IMG/VR virus record: IMGVR_UViG_3300028840_004184 | Span: 106,411 to 170,410 of that record | DNA length: 64,000 nucleotides | Strand: one strand, 5' to 3' | Source of the DNA: a virus | Part shown: positions 57,667 to 64,000 of the stretch, piece after piece | Position numbering within the stretch: position 1 is the first letter of the stretch | Layout of the letters: each line of letters opens with the position of its first letter | Program-made: the position numbers and the translations under genes | Notes under the pieces: model-generated | Seen by the model: only the letters and a program-made list of their open reading frames with translations | What the model was told of the DNA's origin: nothing | Databases searched by the model: none

Positions 57667-58257
57667 ATGGGACTGAAGCCACTAAGGACACAATACATGA
57701 CAAATAGGGATGATTTTTGTCATCCTCGCACAAGCGAGCGTGGTGGTGTTTTAACTGCTGTCACTGTGTCTGGTGTTGAGTACGCTGATTATTCTGCTGA
57801 TCCAAGTGGACTCGGCATTTTAGGTATTAAAGCGAATGATCATGAGTGGATGGAGTTTGATAGACAGGTGTCTAACTATGGTGATGTTAGACGCGTAGCC
57901 CAACTAGATGATATAGCTTATATAATAACTGGTGGTGAAGTTGTAACTGATTGGGTCCATCCAGATTACGCCTCTTCTATAAAAGCGGGTGATGCTGCTT
58001 ATGCTGGTCCTTCTGGTTTGTTGGTAAATGACCAATCTTTTGCTGGTCGAAAAGTGGGCACTTTTCTTTGTAGTGTTGGTTCAACGCAATTTAATTTACA
58101 GAGACATGATACTTATCTTGTTTTATATGGAGGCGGTGGACTAAGTTATGTATGGACCGATCCACAAACAAAAGAAATAGAAGAAGTAAATACGACTAAG
58201 GTATTTTTATCTGTTGCTGGGTGGGTTAAATTAAGAATAGAACTGAGTAGTGGTTAA
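57667..58257 (+). CDS. paralog of capsid decoration protein
   Basis: MGLKPLR...ERGGV...GEVVTD...AGDAAY...VGTFL parallels 54443. Confidence 0.7.
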   Translation: MGLKPLRTQYMTNRDDFCHPRTSERGGVLTAVTVSGVEYADYSADPSGLGILGIKANDHEWMEFDRQVSNYGDVRRVAQLDDIAYIITGGEVVTDWVHPDYASSIKAGDAAYAGPSGLLVNDQSFAGRKVGTFLCSVGSTQFNLQRHDTYLVLYGGGGLSYVWTDPQTKEIEEVNTTKVFLSVAGWVKLRIELSSG

Positions 58258-58259
58258 TT

Positions 58260-58784
58260 ATGGTATTATTGCCAACAAAAGAGGATTTTTCTCAGGCTTC
58301 AGGCACGATACCTTTTGGTATTATGGAGCGTTATTACGAGGCTATTATGGACAAAACCTATGTCCAGAATAGTGGCATAGCTCGTCAAATTATATTACAT
58401 CTTGAGCCATCACGTACTGAAGATAAAACAGTGCAGGCACAGAACAATCCTGGGGCTTTTAATCCGTATTTTCAGGGGGCGATGAGACCTACTGCTGGTG
58501 GTAAAAATAGGAGTGTTGAAATAACTCCTCGCGATATACCGTATATGGCCCAGATTAGACATGGACCTAAACCAGATGATGATACAAATGGAATCGGTGC
58601 GTTAGCACAAGATGAGTGTGCTACTACTTTAGCTATTGAATGTTTGCCTGATTTGGAATCTTGTTTGTCAGCTACGATTGATGATATGCGATTTACTAGA
58701 TTGGGTGGGCATAGGCCAATTGGTTTTATGACTAAAAAATTTGTTATACAGAAGTGGAAACGTAAACAGGAGACTGTGGTGTAA
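58260..58784 (+). CDS. putative head-closure protein
   Basis: Position and size. Confidence 0.5.
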   Translation: MVLLPTKEDFSQASGTIPFGIMERYYEAIMDKTYVQNSGIARQIILHLEPSRTEDKTVQAQNNPGAFNPYFQGAMRPTAGGKNRSVEITPRDIPYMAQIRHGPKPDDDTNGIGALAQDECATTLAIECLPDLESCLSATIDDMRFTRLGGHRPIGFMTKKFVIQKWKRKQETVV

Positions 58785-59422
58785 TGGTTGAGATTTCTAT
58801 TGATTTAAATAAAAGATCTAATAGGAGATCTCTTATGTTTGCTGTTACTAATAAATGGAACAAGGCTGTTGTTCTGGCTGCTCCTGCGATTCAAAAGGAG
58901 TTGCGTAGTCAGTTGATTACTGGTGGCGGAGCGATGATTCCATTTAATAAAACGCTTGTTTGGACATATATGCATCAGCCAGGAATTTTGGCTGAGCTTG
59001 GTTTTATGTCGCTTAAACCATTTGATGATTTGTTAGATGCTTTACGTAGTACTATTGATGTATATACATCTCGTGCTAAGCGTAAAATGTTAGTTATCAA
59101 TATGTTTTCTTTGAGTGCTATCGCTGGGATGACAATTCATCCTTCTGCTGGGACTGGTCAGCTAGGTGAGGTTTCTTGGTTTGTTGATTGGGTTGTTCGG
59201 GGTAGACCTATCCGCAGATATGATTTTAAGACTACCGGACCTCCTGTACCAAGGTCATCTAGGTTGGCAGGCCCAGAAGCTGGTTTGATGGTTCCTGCTC
59301 GTGGTGGATTTTGGAGCATACCTCCTTTTAAGGATGATATTTTGAGGTGGTTGGATAATAACGGAAGTCATATAAAGTCTTTGATTATTAGTCAAATTAG
59401 GAAAGCTGTGAAGCGGGTATAA
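58784..59422 (+). CDS. putative neck/tail-completion protein
   Basis: Position; SSR..GLM...WSIPP motif. Confidence 0.5.
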   Translation: MVEISIDLNKRSNRRSLMFAVTNKWNKAVVLAAPAIQKELRSQLITGGGAMIPFNKTLVWTYMHQPGILAELGFMSLKPFDDLLDALRSTIDVYTSRAKRKMLVINMFSLSAIAGMTIHPSAGTGQLGEVSWFVDWVVRGRPIRRYDFKTTGPPVPRSSRLAGPEAGLMVPARGGFWSIPPFKDDILRWLDNNGSHIKSLIISQIRKAVKRV

Positions 59423-59424
59423 TT

Positions 59425-60474
59425 ATGGGTTTATATAAGCATAGATCGTTATTAAAATTAAATATGAAAATGCTTCTTGATTATGAGTTTGTCAGAGATG
59501 GTAGATATAGTAATGTTGCTTCTGGTCAGCAATATTATGATGGTTCGGACATGAGTATTTTGCAGTGTGATACAGAGGCGTCTAACCAGTTTGGTATGCA
59601 GGCCGGTCAGGTATGGCAAAGCATTTCTCGTAATTGGGTTTATGAATCTGGTGTTGTTCTTAACGACACGATAGGTATCAGGGATAATGCCCTACCTATT
59701 GTTTGTTCCGGTGTTTATGTCGATGGTATTTTTAAGGCTACCGCGTCTTCTCATCCAGATCATGATGTTTCGTATTCGCATCACGTTGATTGGATCAACG
59801 GGCGTGTTATTTTTGATTCTCCTGTATCTTTAACGTCTAATGTACAGGCTGCTTTTGCTTATAAACATGTTCGTGTTACCTTTGAGGATGATTTTAATAA
59901 TGAATTACAGCAGGGGTATTTAGAGTCGAAGTATTTGACTAATCCGTTAGTGTCTAATAATTTAGCTTATCCGTCTGGTATGGCACAGCCTTTTCCGGCT
60001 GTTTTTGTCGAGACTGCTAGTCGTAGATGGAAACCGTATGAGCTTGGTAATAGGAGCTTAACGGCTCATGATAGAGTTATTTTTCACGTATGGACACTTG
60101 ATGGTATGACGAGGGATGATGTTATGGATATTATTTCTTATCAGGAAAGAAAGAGTATCCCTATGATTGACTTCAATTTAGCACCATTGCCTTTGTCTGG
60201 TATTTATAATGAGATTTCTCCTGAGTATATACCTTATCAGGAGTTGTTGAAAAATCCGGTTGTTAATGTAATAGGTTCTACGTATGGGACGGCACATGCT
60301 ATTGGTTACAATATGTTTATAGAAGATACGGAATCTATGAATGATGCAAGGTATGCCGATTTTGAGCGTGGTCGTGTCGAATGTATAGCTATTGTGCATC
60401 AATTTCATCCTAATTTGCCTATAGGAATAAATACTGGCTCTTTTGGATTTAAGGGCGGGAATGAGAACTTTTAG
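59425..60474 (+). CDS. putative tail terminator
   Basis: Directly before tail tube gene; FPAVFVE, KPYELG, RDDVMD. Confidence 0.55.
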   Translation: MGLYKHRSLLKLNMKMLLDYEFVRDGRYSNVASGQQYYDGSDMSILQCDTEASNQFGMQAGQVWQSISRNWVYESGVVLNDTIGIRDNALPIVCSGVYVDGIFKATASSHPDHDVSYSHHVDWINGRVIFDSPVSLTSNVQAAFAYKHVRVTFEDDFNNELQQGYLESKYLTNPLVSNNLAYPSGMAQPFPAVFVETASRRWKPYELGNRSLTAHDRVIFHVWTLDGMTRDDVMDIISYQERKSIPMIDFNLAPLPLSGIYNEISPEYIPYQELLKNPVVNVIGSTYGTAHAIGYNMFIEDTESMNDARYADFERGRVECIAIVHQFHPNLPIGINTGSFGFKGGNENF

Positions 60475-60529
60475 TGTATTGTATTAAAGACGGTTAGTTT
60501 AATTAGCTGACAGAAGGAGGTGTAGTAGA

Positions 60530-61876
60530 GTGGCAAACAAGAGAGTTTTTTACGCTATTGAACAAGTGGCGGTAAAAGATAACTCAGCGAACCCTACCAA
60601 CGAAGTGGCTTGGTGGACTGCGAAGGAATTTCCTACCGGATCTATGGCTTCTGGTGTAGATAGTGTCGGTGGTATTTGGGAAGTACCTCGTGGTATGCAG
60701 TCCGTTGGTATGTCAACTACTTTCAACCTTGAAGAGACTTTCGAGCTTGGTCAAGTTGAAGTATATGAGCAGTCAGAGCGTCAACCGGATGTTGAGTGGA
60801 CGCTGAATAGGGTTGTTGATGGTACGAAGCCGCTGTGGTTTATGTTAACCGATCCCGCTTATGGTAATAACCTTGTGGGACGAACAGCAGATTACCGTGT
60901 TGATGTGATGTTAACCATTTATCCTGATACGCAGTATCGTGCTGATAACGATCCTCTGTCCGCATGTCTTGGTTCCGGTATGTATTTTTCTAGTATGACT
61001 TATACATTTCCTGTAGACGGTGCGGTTACTGAGGAAGCCAGTCTTATTGGTAATGACAAGATATGGTCTGTGCTTGATTCAAGCATTTCTGGTCTTGATG
61101 AAGATGTCTTGTCGGCCCCTCAAACTGGTTATGAATGGGAGGCTCCTGTTGGTATTCCTTCCGGTGTTTTTGGCTGGGATAATATTGCTGGGGCACAGGA
61201 AGTTGCTGGTCCTCCTTCGAGTGCTGGAACTATCGTGATGGGTTCTGGTGTACAGAGACGCGAGGAAGTTGATCTTCGTAGATCTGTTTTGCCTAACGAT
61301 ATCCCAGGTGTGTTGACGGCTTCTTTTTCTGGTTTAGCTTCTGTTTATCTTGATGGTATACCAGATAATAATGGTCAGCCGACTCGGACAGTTCAGGTTG
61401 GTGATTCTAATATCGATTATGTTGCCGAGCATATTCAGAATATAACATGTACTGTTGATTTAGGGCGTTCTGATATTTTTGAACTTGGTTCAAAGCGTGC
61501 TTATCACCGTGCTGTTTCTTTCCCGGTTGAGGTTACTTGTTCTGTGGAAGTTATTACAGCAGATGGTGATTTGATTGATGCCAGAGCGTTGGATTCTGAG
61601 GATAACACGGTAGCAAACAATACTATTATTATACGTACCGTGGACGGTCTCCAGGTAGACCTTGGTGATTCTAATCGTCTTGTTTCTGTTGATGTCGCTG
61701 GCGGCGAGGCCGGTGGTGACAACCTGACAGTGACTTATAATTATCAATCTTTTAACGTTTTTAACGTTACTCATGATGCATGGAATCCTAATCATAGGGT
61801 TATCATTTTCGAGACTGGTAATTCTAGGTTCAACCAGGGTGCTCCTTCTTATAAACGTACCGATTTCGGTATATAA
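60530..61876 (+). CDS. major tail tube protein
   Basis: MANKRVFYA, GMQSVGMSTTFNLE.FELGQ, second DIFELG repeat; strong RBS; terminator 61889-61915. Confidence 0.75.
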   Translation: MANKRVFYAIEQVAVKDNSANPTNEVAWWTAKEFPTGSMASGVDSVGGIWEVPRGMQSVGMSTTFNLEETFELGQVEVYEQSERQPDVEWTLNRVVDGTKPLWFMLTDPAYGNNLVGRTADYRVDVMLTIYPDTQYRADNDPLSACLGSGMYFSSMTYTFPVDGAVTEEASLIGNDKIWSVLDSSISGLDEDVLSAPQTGYEWEAPVGIPSGVFGWDNIAGAQEVAGPPSSAGTIVMGSGVQRREEVDLRRSVLPNDIPGVLTASFSGLASVYLDGIPDNNGQPTRTVQVGDSNIDYVAEHIQNITCTVDLGRSDIFELGSKRAYHRAVSFPVEVTCSVEVITADGDLIDARALDSEDNTVANNTIIIRTVDGLQVDLGDSNRLVSVDVAGGEAGGDNLTVTYNYQSFNVFNVTHDAWNPNHRVIIFETGNSRFNQGAPSYKRTDFGI

Positions 61877-62106
61877 TATTTATGATTGTGGGGGAGGATT
61901 TTCCTCCCCCATTTTCTGTTTTTTGGAAGGGTTGTGTTATGATTAAGAAAATAGTTTGCATATTTTGTTTAGTGTGTGCTATATTTGGGGCTATTTGTCT
62001 GAGTGGTTGTGTTGATATTGATGAAGCAATGCCTCATTACGGTATGAAGAACCAATATTCTAGTAATTAATATTTATATCATATATAAGTATAAACAAGG
62101 TACAAA

Positions 62107-63249
62107 ATGGAATACGATAAGATCGAAGAATATATCGCTAAGATTCTGTGGGGGAGGCGTATAGTCATCTTAGATGATGAGGCGTATGTTTTTCGACCTT
62201 TAACTATTGATGAAAGAAATCGTGCATTATTTGTGTACGAAAAAGCATGCCAAGATTACCAATCAGCACTTCTTTCCAGCGATCAACTTATTAGAAAAGC
62301 CCGTGAACAAGGGGCATGGTCTAGTGTCGATGATAACTATTATAATAAATTTGATGAACTTATAAAAGTTGCTAGTGATCAACTAGAAAACGCTAGTGTA
62401 GCACAAAAGAAACGTATTGAGAAACAGATTAAGAAAGCAGAAGACAGAAGAAATTCTGTTATTTCTCGTTATAACCATATTACGTCTCATAGTATTGAAC
62501 AACAAGCAAATGAAGATAAGTTAAAATATATTATTCGGTGTGTTACAGAGGACCTAGATGGTAACCCCGTATGGGGATCTGGTCGTTGTTTTGATGACGA
62601 CACGGATCATACTTTGTTAGTCAGGCTGATATCTGCTTATATAGAAAAGAAAAATGATGTTTTTGATGTAGCTACTATGAGAGCTATAGCACGCTCTCCG
62701 CAATGGCGTATTCGGTGGAATATAGGTAAGAAAGACCCGAAGACGCTTTTTGGTTCTGATATTAGGGACATTGGAGACGTTCAGCTTGGGCTTATATATT
62801 GGAGTCAAGTTTATGATGGTGTTTATAGTATGGTAGACGGACCATCTGATGAGATAATAGAAGACGATAAGCGTTTAGATGAGTGGTTGAAAAAGCATCA
62901 AGAAGAGGAAAAGACGCGTAAGGTTAACAGGGCATTAGATAAAGAAGGAAAGACCAAAGGCTTTTTCGATCGAAAAGGTAAATTTCATGCACACGGCAAG
63001 GGGGCGTTGAACCACAAAGAGGTTGGTTGCTGCTTAAATGGATATTATAACGAGGATGGTTTTTTTGTTCGTTATTCCAAAGAAGAGAAGCAGGATATAT
63101 TAAACGAATTACATCAGCGAAATAATCCAGCGGTTAGACAGATTTTGGGTAGTGAATACAAAAAGCTTAAGGACGATGGCGGATCATTAAGAGAGGAAAG
63201 ATTGCGAAAGGGACGAAATCGTATGCTTATGAGTAAAGTTACTCAATAA
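62107..63249 (+). CDS. putative tail assembly chaperone-like protein
   Basis: Follows tail tube gene; RAIARS.QWR, WSQVYD, IIEDD..LD.W. Confidence 0.5.
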   Translation: MEYDKIEEYIAKILWGRRIVILDDEAYVFRPLTIDERNRALFVYEKACQDYQSALLSSDQLIRKAREQGAWSSVDDNYYNKFDELIKVASDQLENASVAQKKRIEKQIKKAEDRRNSVISRYNHITSHSIEQQANEDKLKYIIRCVTEDLDGNPVWGSGRCFDDDTDHTLLVRLISAYIEKKNDVFDVATMRAIARSPQWRIRWNIGKKDPKTLFGSDIRDIGDVQLGLIYWSQVYDGVYSMVDGPSDEIIEDDKRLDEWLKKHQEEEKTRKVNRALDKEGKTKGFFDRKGKFHAHGKGALNHKEVGCCLNGYYNEDGFFVRYSKEEKQDILNELHQRNNPAVRQILGSEYKKLKDDGGSLREERLRKGRNRMLMSKVTQ

Positions 63250-63262
63250 TTAAGGAATTCTA

Positions 63263-63814
63263 TTGATGTATAAAACACGGACTATTTCTAAGAATATCAG
63301 CGGACGGACCAAGTTTTTGTCGGCTAGAATGTTTCAGTTGATTGAACTCAGTATGCCAGATATCATAGAACGAAAAGAGTGGCATGATGTAAGAAAAAAA
63401 ATACTTGATGTTATGAATCAGATTTTGAGGGGAAACAAAGAAGACCTCAAAGACTGTGATATTGTTTATAGACCGATAGCTGTTAATAATAATGGCAGAG
63501 TTAAAGTAAAAGCATCATCTGATATAATTAATTTATTCAGAAAATTAGATTTTCAAAGTGATCCGTTTTTAGTTTTATTGAAATCAAGTATGCATGATAT
63601 AGATATTATGACTAGTGTATGTGATGAGTTTGGTTTTGGCAAAGTCACATTTGACGCAGACAATAATGTTTATTATACTATTGTTGGTGAGCAGTGCTTG
63701 GATGTTTTGTCAATTTTCGATCTTATAGTACTTCCACAAGAAGTCAAGAAAAAGTATTTAGATTGGCGTAAAAAATTAAAGGCATTTTATCAGGAGAATA
63801 ATAATGCAAGATAG
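63263..63814 (+). CDS. hypothetical protein
   Basis: 183-aa ORF. Confidence 0.6.
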   Translation: MMYKTRTISKNISGRTKFLSARMFQLIELSMPDIIERKEWHDVRKKILDVMNQILRGNKEDLKDCDIVYRPIAVNNNGRVKVKASSDIINLFRKLDFQSDPFLVLLKSSMHDIDIMTSVCDEFGFGKVTFDADNNVYYTIVGEQCLDVLSIFDLIVLPQEVKKKYLDWRKKLKAFYQENNNAR

Positions 63815-64000
63815 TGATAATGTAAGTAAAATTATTAAGACAAAGGACGCTGATGGTAAAGACATAGATTTGTGTTTGCTTCCTAATAGTTTTGAAGTAT
63901 CACGTAAATGTGATATTGAATTTCGTAAAGCGTTTGCTGGTGCTCTTCAGGAGGGTGTTTATATACATGATGTTTTAAAAGAAGTTTTTGAGAAGCAAGG
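63804..64000 (+). CDS. partial ORF running off the window (MQDSDNVSKIIK...)
   Basis: AGGAG RBS, open to window end. Confidence 0.6.
   Translation, partial: MQDSDNVSKIIKTKDADGKDIDLCLLPNSFEVSRKCDIEFRKAFAGALQEGVYIHDVLKEVFEKQ

Noticed and set aside
62107-64000. Programmed frameshift in tail assembly chaperones
   Set aside because: No convincing slippery site at an ORF end was seen, and the downstream genes lie outside the window.

Overview
This is a 64 kb segment of a large tailed dsDNA bacteriophage genome with three blocks. (1) 1-12.7 kb, + strand: small, mostly orphan early or host-takeover ORFs in short units, each with a near-consensus sigma70 promoter (mostly 16-bp spacer) and an intrinsic terminator. 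Four homologous non-coding repeat cassettes interrupt this block, the last inverted at the block boundary (~12.8-13.05 kb). (2) 13.06-41.1 kb, - strand: accessory and metabolic genes, including an RNA-repair set (RtcB with an intein, CCA-adding enzyme, Thg1-like protein, two further nucleotidyltransferases, DHH phosphoesterase), ThyX, MazG-like, SLOG, peptide deformylase, HNH endonucleases, five tRNAs and six proteins sharing an N-terminal Zn-ribbon. (3) 41.6-64 kb, + strand: sigma-like factor, exonuclease, glycosyltransferases, ERCC4 nuclease, terminase, portal, protease/scaffold, major capsid, neck and tail genes, with a TTAGTGTAT late-promoter-like motif. The most striking feature is a 720-aa alpha-helical + TerD-domain gene (18761-20923). 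It is bracketed by four copies of a covarying structured RNA motif (invariant UCUUCCUUCUA core, variable apical insert) and a non-canonical tRNA-like element, which suggests a Ro/Y-RNA-like ribonucleoprotein system. All calls come from reading the sequence by eye; no searches were run.
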